Assembly: GCA_053919585.1 (NCBI GenBank)
Contig: CM132812.1
DNA: 64,000 nt
From: Euprymna scolopes
Lineage: Eukaryota
Strand: one strand, 5' to 3'
How positions within the stretch are numbered: position 1 is the first letter of the stretch; the number at the start of each line of letters is the position of its first letter. Of this stretch, positions 12,335 through 24,694 are shown one piece after another. The notes beneath the pieces are model-generated. The model did no database searches. It was not told the origin of the DNA and was given only the letters and a program-made list of their open reading frames with translations. Both the position numbers and the translations under genes were made by a program.

Positions 12335-12765
12335 CAAGTGCCCATTTGAAGTAGGGGGCTACTATCGAGGACAATTTGCGGGCATTATGAAGGGAAATGA
12401 GTAGATAGATTTTGTTCACATTACACTTGTACTTCTGCATATCAGTACAGTTGGAAAAGCAGTATCCCGGAAGGGAGTTAAAAATACTTGCAGTTCTGGG
12501 GAAGAAACTATTGGAGTAAAAGGCTTTCTTACACCTAGGTATCTCTACTGTAAAGGGGTAGGACTTAGTCGCTTGTCGGGTTTGTCGGGAGTAGTCACGT
12601 CGAGGAGGTACAAGTGCTTGCAGTTCGTCAGAGCAGCCACCATTAAAGTATTTGTAGAACAGGCAGAGGGATGCAACATTTCGTCGATGGGACAGAGGCT
12701 AAAGCTAAGATGACAGTTCAGGACCTATCAGGTTGGCGACTCTTTTTTGAACCCTGTCCAAAGAT
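12335..12765 (-). mobile_element. CR1-group LINE family B 3' fragment
   Basis: Similar to 43060-43500 (LQPLSHRRNVASLCLFYKYFNG, SSFFPRTA, QKYKCNVN) with 3' motif gatagtagccccctac. Confidence 0.85.
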
Positions 12766-14384
12766 ATGTAATTAAATAAAAAGAAAACACATTGTTTGTA
12801 CAAAAAATAGCTTAATTTGCCCCAAAAGCGAGTGATTCTGCCGTTTCAGCAGCACAACAAACGGTAGTTTTGTAAACACGGATTATATGGAAGCCCAAAA
12901 TCTGAGACAGTCGAAAATCTGTCTGAGAATGATGTCATGTAATTAAAAAGAAGGGAGGGGTACTGGGTTTCTTTTTCTCCCCAAACTTGCATCCGTACAT
13001 TTCTATCCTGAACGTTTGTATCATTTTTACCATTTTCTAATTTAATTATTTTTGTATATTCCTGTTTTTCAATTCATTTTTTTTCATTATTCGCCAATAT
13101 TATATAAAAATTATGTCACGCCAAAGGTTTTACATTCATTCAAGCAAGGAAAATATGAAAATCTTACATATAAAAATTACGCGAAACCTGTAATTTAAAA
13201 AAAAAGTAGAAATATTTTTTGCTATTATAATTTTTTGTATGAAAATATTACACAAACAATGCTTAATTCAATGATAATATCTGTAGTTCGAGAAATTCTT
13301 CTTTGTTTTCGAGTTATATCGAATTCATTAATACAGACTTTAGGGGGCTTTATCGTAATATGTTTTACTTGTTATATTTTACGATGTTTTATTTTCATAA
13401 AAAAGCAGAAATAAATTAATTAATTTTTTTGCTTTTGAACATCGGCATTTAATTTGCACGTACCTAGTAATCACTTTAAAAGCTTTGGCAGCATTACGGA
13501 GTATAATTTTTTAATTAACTTTTCCAATGAATAATAACTGAAGTGTAATCGATTTTCACATGAATTGTGAATCAGGAAAGAAATATATTGAGAAACACCT
13601 AGTAATATCAATAGAAGATCTCTGTCTTTCACCGCCCCCTAAAGAATCTCAGGAACCTCTATACGATAAATTTGGCTACCGCCCACCTTAAGTTTCGTAA
13701 TGTCCCCCTAGTTGGTGGTACAGACCCCGCTAAAAAAAACCCTGATTAAAGGTGAAGTAAAATAAAGTTTTATATTCTAGCAGGTCGGTTCTGTAGAAGT
13801 ACTGTTAAGGATTAAGAGTCGAAGATAATTGAATTTTACCTTGTTTGATATAACTTGTTTTTTTTTAAACGATTTCTTGACTGTTAACTATTCTACGCGT
13901 TTGCATAATAGGAATATAACCACAAAACATAATAAAATATTATTGCTACTCTTAGTTTAACTCTTTATTTACCATAGCAAAAGAGAATGGTGAACAAATT
14001 AAAAAAAAACATCTCAGGTATAAATCGTGTAGCACTAGAGACGAAAACGAACACGTATCAGTTTAGAAGCGTGTTAGATACTTTGCATGTAGGAAAGCCG
14101 TTTGCAAGAGAAAAATATCTAGTGTTTGCAATGTTAATAGAATTAATTCGAACACGAGAGCAACTAATTCATATGTGTCATATTACCTGATGGTTAGACA
14201 ACGCCACCGATATAACGTTGTTTCCGTGATTCTTTTTTTTTTCTTCTCGTCTATTATCTTCTCTTCTTGCCGTGTCGTCGTCTCTCACATTAGTGGTTTT
14301 ATCGGGGGCGCGCACGGGTTCCCAAGTATAAAAAATAAAACCCAAACTCCGAAACATTTTGTAAATTTGCATTTTGACCACTCG

Positions 14385-14387
<3 letters not shown>

Positions 14388-14436
<49 letters not shown>
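14388..14436. repeat. (GT)n microsatellite
   Basis: Direct reading of the sequence. Confidence 0.95.
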
Positions 14437-14439
<3 letters not shown>

Positions 14440-14935
14440 TTGACACAATCGACTCCTCATACGCTTAAGTCCACATCTTAGTTTACTCATAAGACAGTTG
14501 GCCAATTCATCTCGAACTTCTTAACCTCTTTCGATTTAGTCCAAGGCAGAATATGTGTTCAACTACGTTAATCTGAAAACTTTTTCAAACTCTACCTGTC
14601 GTCAAAAGTCGCACACCCAAGACTCACGGGAACTTTTTCTAACTGTCATAAAAACTGCATCAAATTTAACTGTAACTTCCAAAACTAAGCATAAGCTAAC
14701 TCTAAATAAATATATCTTTTAGGCCCTGTTATTTGTTCTCTACACATTAACTAACTATCCTATCCAGCTTCCGTTGTCTGCTTTTGTGAAACAACTCACA
14801 CTGTTTTGCCGATAAACCTACTTTCCCCTATTTTTGTCATTTGTCCTTTTCATTTTCCCCTCAATTCCCAACACTTGGGGAGTAGATGCCGATAATATCA
14901 CATGTGTACAGAAGGGAATTGACGTAATTACAAGT

Positions 14936-16137
14936 AGTACTTACGCATCTTTGGATCCGGACTTTTGTGACTTTGGCACGGCCGCAACCGACTGCTGACG
15001 AGAACCGACGGAAAAAAGCCAAGCAGTAACGGTGGGTGCGACCGACAGCTATCGAGGACCGCCGGCACAAAAAAGGCGAATTATTTTGGTAAAATTGTTT
15101 TCCTTTTTCTTCTTAAAACATTTATATAATTTTGATGGGGGCTTATGATTGGGATATATTTTTGCAGATTATGTTTATAATTATTTGGTTTAAAATAGGA
15201 ATTTATTTATTCAATTTTATAAAAATAAAAATGAACTACGACAAAAAAAAAGAAAATAAATAATTTGGATACATTATAAAACAAAAAAAAAAATAATATA
15301 AAAATATTACGATGTTTTTGTCAAAACTATTTTATTTCAACTTTTCTTGGAAAAATGTATATTAACATAATAACTACAAAATATATATTTTTCTTGAACT
15401 TTTATTGAAAGAGAAATTTTTTTAAATTGTCATTAACAAAAAAACTAAAATGGTAAAAACGTTTCTCTAAAAAAATTTAATAAGAATAAAAATACACTAA
15501 ACATTTTTAAAAAATTAAGAGAAATAAAAATACACCAAACACTGAAAACACTGAATGTAATAGAAATAAAAATACACCAAGCATTTAAAAAATAATTAAC
15601 AGAAATAAAAATACACTAAACTTTTTTAAAAAAAATAATAGAAATAAAATACACACTAAAAAATTACAAGAATTAAAAATACACCAAACATTAAAAATAA
15701 ACAAAAATAAACATGCACTAAACATTTTTTGGCAAACGAATACAAACAGAAATACACAAAACATTTAAAAAACTTCTTGAAATAAATATATTATTGACAT
15801 ATTACATGTAAAAATAAAGCTTCAACCCAAAACAACGAAAACAAATTATTTTTTGTGGAAACACATTTTATTAAAAAAAAATCACTACATTAACTTACTT
15901 TCACTTAAACTTCGTCAGAGTAAAACCACCAAAAACTAATAAAATGATTTATTACAATTAACGAAGGTGTTTTTGACTTTTTCCTTGCAATTTGTTCACA
16001 TTTTTGATTCACTGTTGTTATTTAAGTTTCCCAGCGTCTCCGATCACTGCTCGGCTTTATCCGTCGGGTATCGTTGACAGTCAGTTGCGCACGCACCCAC
16101 GTCACAAAAAATCCGGGTCAAGAGATGCATAAGTACC
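14936..16137. mobile_element. Non-autonomous DNA transposon, about 1.2 kb, with about 95-bp imperfect GC-rich TIRs
   Basis: Left end gtacttacgcatctttggatccggacttttgtgac...gccaagcagtaacgg matches the reverse complement of the right end (ggtacttatgcatctcttgacccggattttttgtgac...gccgagcagtgatcgg). The AT-rich interior carries tandem aatagaaataaaaatacactaaac units at 15480-15770. Confidence 0.8.
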
Positions 16138-17499
16138 ATAAAGACAAGATTAAAAAAGGCCTAGAATTGAATTTTCGATAGCTGAGAGAAAATGTTCGAA
16201 ATTTATTGTTTTTAATTTAACTCGTATTTATACACGATATCCTATTGAACTTGCGTCTGTAATTTTAACTTCATTACGGCTTCGTGAGATGTAAACAAGC
16301 ATCTTTCTTACAAGTTGTTGAACCGATTTTTCAACAGTCAGATAGATAGATAGATAGATAGATAGGAGAAAGTGAGAGAGAGAAAGAATATTTCGCTCGC
16401 AATACAAAAAAAAAAAACAAAAAGAAGAATATTTGTCTCCGGTTGATGCCTTTTCTTCTTTCTTTTCCAGCATTTTACTTACGAAAATTCCATGAGTAGA
16501 TTTTTTTTCTCGGGACATTGCCTCTATGGAAACACGATAACGCGGAGCTGCTTCTCAGCTTGCTATAACATGGCTATTTTCACGTCCAACGTAGACAAGT
16601 TTTTGATTAGATGTCATCTAAAATAAGATAGCTCATCCAATTTCCACCATCACTATGATAGTCACCTTGATAAGCAATGGTTCTATAGAATATGTATATA
16701 TACAAACATTACAGAGACGACACAGTGTAAATATAAAATCAATACACAACATTAAGTAAAGTTTCCGTCTATTATTAGAGAGCGGAATCGGAACAAAAAT
16801 CTTGATGGACTACACTATTAAATGCTGCATGAGCCTTTAATATTGCTAATCAGTGCTGGATCCAACCGCTGTGTTTAAATGATCCTGGTGCTAAATCTGA
16901 TTCACAAAATACCAGAGTAGGATTTGACCATTCTTTCAAACAAAGTTCTCGACAAATTTTATAATAGTAAATATAACCTGATCTTCTTCACAAATAATTG
17001 GTTTTCGATGGTAGATTAATCGGTAGGGGACCATTTTTTTCTTTCTGTACCCATCATCGCTACGTGTAAACTGTTATGTTTTAAAATGTGGTGCACATCT
17101 GAGAGGGGGGCTACTTCAACCCGAAAGTCAGGTGAATTTATTTTTACTTCGGCATTCAAATCAACACAGTCTGTATCATTTCTGAAGTGGAGGTTGCCCT
17201 GTTGATTATGGTGTATTGTTGGTCCTGCGCAGTTCTAAAAGATATACCCTCAGACTTTGTCTCCCATCTTTGAGAAAGGGTTTAGTTTATTGCTAATTGC
17301 CTGAAGTGCTTCTCCTGGCGAATACCGACGGGACTTCCCAGGCATATCTCCTATGAACGAGTGCTTCCTCTATGATGCGCTGGCTCTTAAATCACACATA
17401 TTCTCGATGTAGAAGAGAGATGAATACCTAACTCAACCTGATAAATCTAAATGTCACTATGCGTAAACAAATAAGTATAATATATTATAAGCTCTAACC

Positions 17500-18219
17500 A
17501 TATAAAAGGAACTTTGTGTGTGTCTGTGGAACTTTGTGTGTGTGTGCGTATGGAGTCGAAAATGGCTGGGTCGATTTTTATGAACTTTCATACGAAGGTA
17601 TTTTATGTGTCCACCAGTGTTCTTAGATAGGTTTTGCATCGGAATGTCTTCGATAAGTACAGAAAATCGATAATAGATAATCGAAATAATCCGGTGAAAA
17701 AAATTGAATGATGATTTTGACCAAAGCTAACACCTTACACATAACAAGTACATTTACATGGAAATTTTTATTATCGCAATAACCCTAAACCCGTTTTCAC
17801 CGCAAAAGTAGTAAAGCCGGACATATAAAATAAACAGTTAGTTCTTTGATATGATATGGGCGCGTTCAAAATGTGTTTGTCTGTTTAAAGCACAATTGAA
17901 GCATGATATTTGGCTTTTGAGTTTTAAACATTAATTCAAACCATTATATATAAAAAAATAATTTTATAAAATAACATTATTATTAAATAATTTTATTAAG
18001 TGGATTACATTGCAATGTAGACCACAGTGTATTGATGACTAAGTCATTGCAGTGAGGCATGTGAAGTCTTCTCCCATGGATCCCCAAATAGAGCAGACAA
18101 TCAATCGATTTAATTGAAAATTGTCGATTTGACAGATTTCGATGTCAATAAAGATATGGAAGTGTGAAACATTCGTGTATGATCATTCAATCCCGGACAA
18201 CGTCACGTATCCCTGCTAA
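17500..18219 (+). mobile_element. Non-autonomous Helitron-like element (degenerate)
   Basis: 5' tataaaag...(GT/CT) microsatellite; 3' cccggacaacgtcacg...ctaa, similar to the 3' ends of the other Helitron-like copies in the window. Confidence 0.45.
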
Positions 18220-18856
18220 TAAAATTTAACTTTTACTTACCGAAGCTATTTTCTTTATTTGAATGTGCTTTTCTATCTATTACACGTTGTTTAGTTTATA
18301 TAATGTGATTTGTTGAAGATGGTTGTCGTCATTACAATTACTTGTATGTTTTATATATGTGAATTCTTTTAAATAGTTGTCAAAACTTTTCCCGTGTAAC
18401 TTTTGTTGTGATAGCTTTTTTATTATTTAATTGTGATTTGTTTTGTTTACGTTTGGAAGCGTTATGAATGCGTTTACGTGACGTGATTGGTTGCGTAAAT
18501 GAAATTTCTGACAAAACAGAAATAGACGTCATAGTGTATTATTACATCAGAGTACAGAGAAGAATACCATTCATTATTTTGTCAAAAACATTTCTCGATT
18601 TTGGCTTTTATTAAAATATCTAACGAACAAAAAACGGGTGAGAAAATGAATATAACAAATAAATCTTACCAAAAACAAGTCCCTCATCTACGTTATCGTT
18701 TAATGTTCCTTTATATAAAGTTATTTTTAAGTGTGTTATTTAAAAATATTGAGACAAAACAATAAACAAAATGGTGGTCTCATCGAAGCCATAGCCGAGC
18801 TTTGATAATCGCTCCTAAACCAAAAAAATGAACAAAAGTAGTACATAACATTTATC

Positions 18857-19030
18857 TTTTTTTTTTTTTTTACATGGGTGTCACCACTTATCAAGGCCCA
18901 GAGGCCACTCAAGGATAAGGGTTAATAGGTATACATTAGTCATTGTGATTTTAGCATAGTAAACAGTGGGAATTTTGTAACTTGGATTACTTAGGGGGAC
19001 GATTCAATTAGAACTTGTTCACATTGGGCT
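18857..19030 (-). mobile_element. Second family A LINE 3' end (about 170 bp) directly downstream of the near-intact copy
   Basis: Has its own polyA (18857-18871), its own stem-loop motif and the last ORF codons (SNVNKF..NRPP). Confidence 0.85.
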
Positions 19031-22000
19031 TTTTCTTTTTTTTTTCATAGGTATCACCACATTATCAAGGCCAAGAGGCCACTCAAGGATAAGGGTTAAA
19101 GAGTGTACAGTAGAAATTGGACAATATAATAATCATTAGTAATGAAAATTTGTTAAATTTGATAACTTATATGGAACGGCTCATCAAGAACTTATTTACG
19201 TTAGACTTGAAGACAACCATATTGTAGTCAGCCGGAAAGCAGGAAAACGGAAGACAATTCCACAGGTGTGCAGTTCTAATAAAAAAGCTTTGTTCATGGA
19301 ATCTACGTTTAGGTTTAGGAACAAATAAAGAGTGGGGGGAATTATTGATAGTGTTTACAGCTAGACGAGTGTTTCTTGTGAAAGTTTTGCGAGGGGGGAC
19401 CATAGATTGAAGCTCAGTCGAACACTTTCCATGAAAATAACGATACATCAGAGACAAACTCGCAACATCTCTTCTGTGAGATAGAGGTTGCAAGGAAGAG
19501 AAAAGGACATCTCCTACGAGGCTACGAAGTCTATTTTGAACTCTATCAAGGCAGGACAAGTCCTTTCTAGCAGCTCCTGCCCAGATGTGGCAACAGTATT
19601 CTATCCTTGGACGTACCTGGCTCTTATATAAATAGAGAATAGCATCAGCAATGAGATATCTACTGGATCGATAGAAAGATCCCACCATTTTTCCAGCGGC
19701 ATTGGCAACAGATTTGATATACGTGTTCCATTTAAGATCAGGAGTAATAGTCAAGCCCAGAAGCTTGTCAAAACTTGAGGCCTCCTGAAGACGAGAGCCA
19801 TTCATTTCAATTGATGCCAGATGGGGATCAGAATGTTGATGATGTAAAGAGAGAAGCTTGGTTTTAGATGCATTAAAAGTAACCAGCCACTCCTTTCCCC
19901 ATTGTACTACATGCTCAAGATCAGAGGAGAGAGAATTGGAGAGAACTTGGTCGTTTACTGTCTTAGATGTGCTACCATAAATGGTAGTGTCGTCAGCATA
20001 AATGTCTACAAATGATGTAAGGATGTGATTTGGAAGATCATTAATGTAGATCAGGAAAAGAGTTGGGCCCAGGATGGACCCCTGAGGGACACCGGCATTA
20101 ATACTGTGGGCTTCTGATTTTTGCCCCTCAACTACTACTCTTATGAACCTATCAGAAAGAAATGATTTAATAAAATTGAGAAGACATTTCCAGCTATACC
20201 ATAGCTAGAGATCTTATGAAGTAAACCTTTATGCCATACCCTATCAAAGGCCTTAGATATGTCAAGAGCAATTGCCCTAGAAAGGTTGCCTCCGTCGAGA
20301 GATTTGCTAATCCTATGAGATATAACTGTAAGCACATCTGCTGTAGATCTAGCAGAACAGAAACCATATTGAGTGTCACTAAGCAGGTTATTTTTGTTGA
20401 GATGGTTGATTACTTCTGTATTTAACACAGATTCCAGCAACTTACTCATGACGCACAGGAGACTTATTGCCCTGTACTGAGAGGGAGATGAGCGATCACC
20501 TGAATTCTTAAATACAGGGCATACTGATGAAATTTTCCAGGGAGATGGGAAACTATTCTCCTTAAGACAACGTTTAAATAGTTTTGTAAGTATGGGCGCT
20601 AGTTCAGGTTGAGGTTTTTTGAGTACTATAATTGGAATACCGTCCGGGCCAGTTGCTTTACTGGAATCAAGGTTTTTGATTAGCTTGGCAACATCACGTA
20701 CAGATATACGTATATCACATAGTGTGTTTTCAGATACAGGAGGAAATATTGGGGGTTGGCGGCCTTGATCGCAAAAGGTAGAATTAGCTGCAAAGTTCTT
20801 GACAAAGAGTTTGGCTTTGTCTGATGCTGACGAGATTACCTCAGGTCCATTGATGATAGTTGGGATGGAGCACACGCTTCTGTTCAGAATTCTGTTTGCT
20901 ATTTGCCAAAACTGGTGGGAACCAAGCCGCTGCTCAGCTACTTTGGACTTAACAGATTGAGCATACAACCACCTTGCGCTCTTTATTACTTTCTTACAAT
21001 GGTTGCTGGCAGTCCTGAAAGCGGCTTTAGTTTCCATACATCTATTACGTTGGAAACAGTGGAAAAAGTGATTTCTGTGCGCAATGGCAGCAGCACATTC
21101 TGGAGAGAACCATGGCTGGCTGTTAGGTTTTTGCTGAAACTTTTTCGAGGGTATGAAACGATCAATACCTACAATTAACCATTCCGTCAGGTCTAATACT
21201 ATAGAGGACACATCTTTTTTAAATAGAGAATGCAGAGGTAGATCAGTTATAAATGTACGGAAGCTATCCCAGTCAGCCTTAGTGTATCGATATACTGTAC
21301 GATGGAGAGGTACGTCTGGGGACTTATTACATTTCATTTTTATCTTAATTGATACAACAGAGTGGTCGGAAGATCCAAGAGGCGACAGAACAGAAACTGA
21401 ACATAGTTCAGGGCAAGTTGTGAGAAAAAGGTCTAATAGGCTCGCATACTGGCCGTCATTGTCGGGCACACGGGTGGGTTCCTGAACAATCTGAGTGAGG
21501 TCATAGGCAATGGAGAAATCATGACAGAACCTCCCCTCATCATCAGTCTTGTTTGAGTGGGTCAACCATTCGACGTTGTGAACATTGAAGTCTCCACATA
21601 CGTGAATGTTTGCTGAAGGATAAGCAGATAGGACTTGGTCAATGTTCTCAGATATGCTTTTAAAGATAGTAACTCCGCTGTTGTGGGGGCGATAGAAAGT
21701 AAATAAAAATGCCGTAGTGTGAGCTAAAGCAACCCGGAAGCACATATAGGGTAAGTTAGGATCTTCCCTGGAGACGTCCCTACCACATGGAAAGCCATCT
21801 TTAATATAGGCACATATTCCATGCCCATGGCGATCTTGGGGGTCAGATTTAGAAGTCAAGTTAGAGTATCCTTGAATTGCAAACTCTTCTAGGGAAATAG
21901 CCTGTCCAATGCCAGTTTCACTTAAAAATAAAAGGTCTGGTTTAGTCTCCTGTAATTGGGTTTCAACCTCTGGAAGGTTAGAACGTAGACCCCTGATGTT

Positions 22001-22630
22001 GGAGAAGGAGACATGGTAGTAGGGGTCTACGTTGGAAGTTGGAGAACCGGGTTTAATCGTGTATTTTTTCTTGAAACTTGTCATGATGAAATTTTGAAAT
22101 TTGTGGACTAGGTCGTCAGATTTACTTAGAGCAGGACAGAGAGGGGAAATTAAGAGAGAAAAAGAAACGAAGAATTTTTTTTTATTTGTAGCTAATGATA
22201 AGGTAAAGCCGTAACAATTACCCACTAGTATAGCATCGAGAGGCCCCACCAGAAGCTACTGCATGGTCTAGAATCCATTCACCAAATGGCAATACAGCAG
22301 CCCCAGTACTTTGCACCTGCTGATAGGACAGCCTCCTTAGTGGTTAATCCAAGGTTCGGGTCCCTGACTATCAGGCGGATAACGTCAGCCCAGAAAAAAC
22401 GTTTACCTCCAGCACCCTTACTAGTGACATGGCTACAAGGATAGACATAGAAACAGAAAATTTCCGCCATCTCAGCCAACTGTTCGCAAAAATACTGCCA
22501 ACCTAGAAAACAGCTTTTTCTTCTCCTTTTGTCCGAAAAATCACTCATTTAAAAAATGAGGACTGAGGGACAAATAAGAAGAAGCGAGAGTAACAGGAGC
22601 TGCCGATAACGCATCCACAATGCGTTTTCT
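19030..22630 (-). mobile_element. Near-full-length single-ORF CR1-group LINE (family A; resembles the CR1-Zenon subgroup from recollection)
   Basis: APE endonuclease motifs (FSNIRGL, LSET, GDFNVH, LDLFLT, SSDH) and RT motifs (QYGF, DISKAFDRVWH, GVPQGSILGP, YADD). Has a 3' stem-loop with polyA and about 550 nt of 5' leader. The 5' boundary is approximate. Confidence 0.95.
19167..22084 (-). pseudogene. LINE endonuclease-reverse transcriptase ORF (about 971 aa if repaired), single +2 frameshift near 20172
   Basis: This copy reads TCA ATT tt ATT AAA where the 28.4-kb copy reads TCA ATC ATT AAA. After the shift the frame stays open through YADD to the stop at 19167. Confidence 0.9.
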
Positions 22631-22797
22631 ACTCTCCATTAAAAAATTTTTTTTTTTTAAATCTATTAAGTATTGTACTTAAAGTCCAACAGACGTGTTT
22701 AAGGGAAAGTAGATTCCCCTCACACGAACTAAAAATGAGTACAATTCGTAATTTATTTTTGCAATCAACTCTGTAGATAAATAAACCTATGTACGAG

Positions 22798-23628
22798 GAA
22801 AAAAAAGCTAGCATTTAATAAAACAGAAATACACAAATTAAATACTGAAATAAAATGGAGTTGTTAATATTTTAAATCTAAAATAAAAAGCATGATTGAA
22901 ATCACTTATCTCAACAAAAACAATTCCGTCTCCAAATTGCAAACTGTATTGAAAGAAATTGAGTTAGTAGCGTTCAAAACATTTTTTTTAAATTAACCGT
23001 TAAAAGAAAATCGTGATTTTATTCTGAACTTAAGCTAGTAACGTTTTAAGAAGCTTACGATATAAAAGAAAAGGCGGATGGGGGGGTCTTCCGAAAGTAA
23101 GTTGGTGCCGTTATAAGTAATTTCGAGATAAGATGGAAGCCGGTATTGAACTAGAAAAAAAAAGCTAGCATTTAATAAAACAGAAATACACAAATTAAAT
23201 ACTGAACTAAAATGGAGTTGTTAATATTTTAAATCTAAAATAAAAAGCATGATTGAAATCACTTATCTCAACAAAAACAATTCCGTCTCCAAATTGCAAA
23301 CTGTATTGAAAGAAATTGAGTTAGTAGCGTTCAAAACATTTTTTTTTTAAATTAACCGTTAAAAGAAAATCGTGATTTTATTCTGAACTTAAGCTAGTAA
23401 CGTTTTAAGAAGCTTACGATATAAAAGAAAAGGCGGATGGGGGGGTTCTTCCGAAAGTAAGTTGGTGCCGTTATAAGTAATTTCGAGATAAGATGGAAGC
23501 CGGTATTGGACTAGAAAAAAAAAAGCTAGCATTTAATAAAACAGAAATACATAAATTAAATACTGAAATAAAATGGAATTGTTAATATTTTAAATCTAAA
23601 ATAAAAAGCATGATTGAAATCACTTATT
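22798..23628. repeat. Near-perfect tandem repeat, about 358-bp unit, about 2.3 copies
   Basis: Unit start gaaaaaaaaagctagcatttaataaaacagaaatac at about 22798, 23155 and 23514. The units are almost identical. Confidence 0.95.
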
Positions 23629-24036
23629 GATTATTATTATTTTTGATCGGTGTTTGATTTTTGCTTTTTGAGTGATTATCGATGCTCTATTTTATTTATA
23701 AAATGAATATGGAAGCAGTATTTTTAGGAAGTATAAGTTTACAAATATACTTTATATAAACATTTACAATGCTCTACACAAAACAAAACATATTTCAGTG
23801 CTACCGTCGACCTCGGTGAAATTGTTATGTAAAAATGTAATTCATTTACACCTGTCTTCACACTCCATTTGATTATAAACTTCAACCAAATTTGCATGCC
23901 GGATAGAAACTGTTGCTAATTATAAGTGCCGTTTGATCTGTTACTGATTTTTGTACACAATTTTTTTATGCTTATATATGTGTGTGTGTATGCATGTGTA
24001 TATGCATACATACATACATGTATATATGTATATATA

Positions 24037-24240
24037 TAGTGGATCTCCAACATACGAGCTACCCGAGTTACAAGAAATTCGAGATACGAGATGGCTTCAG
24101 AGCAAAACCCCTCCCCTACATACGAGCGAAATCCCAAGCTACGAGTTCCTAGATGCAACCGCATGGTGGGCGAGTGTGTTGTGTTTCACTACGTCTCCTT
24201 AATGGTGCCATTTAAATTCGAGATACGAGATTCAAGATAA
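24037..24240 (+). mobile_element. pogo/Tigger-like non-autonomous DNA transposon end
   Basis: ta-(c/t)agtggatctccaacatacgag terminus after a TA tract, with repeated subterminal (g/c)atacgag motifs typical of Tigger-like ends. Confidence 0.5.
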
Positions 24241-24651
24241 GAAAGGAAAAACTAAACATAGATATAGAGGGAAGAGATTTCTAAATACGCTAAGAGGGAG
24301 AAGAAGAAAGGAAGGGAGGAGGAGTAACAAACGAGTAGTGTATATGAAAACAGTTGATACGTAACAAGATGGATGCCAGGAAGCAATATTTCATATTTAC
24401 TGCCATTTGAACATGTGTAGTTCGTGGGTAAAATTCATCTAAATTAAGTCATATTGTCTGTCTATATAACTCGAAATATGTCGCCCAATTTTTATTCATT
24501 CATTTATTTATTTAATATTTTATTTTTTAATTTTATTATAAATTATTCCTATTGTGTCAAATTTAACAGATCTATCTTCTTTGTAGGCCCGAATTTGATT
24601 TCTTTTTTAATGTGTACTTTCTAGTTATATCGAATCAATTTCTTTTTAATT

Positions 24652-24694
<43 letters not shown>

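Noticed and set aside
14995-15016. CTGACGA...GAAA hammerhead core
   Set aside because: No stem II or stem III pairing; it lies within a transposon TIR.
20194-21485. Short overlapping or antisense ORFs within the LINE
   Set aside because: Shadow frames of the endonuclease-RT coding sequence.
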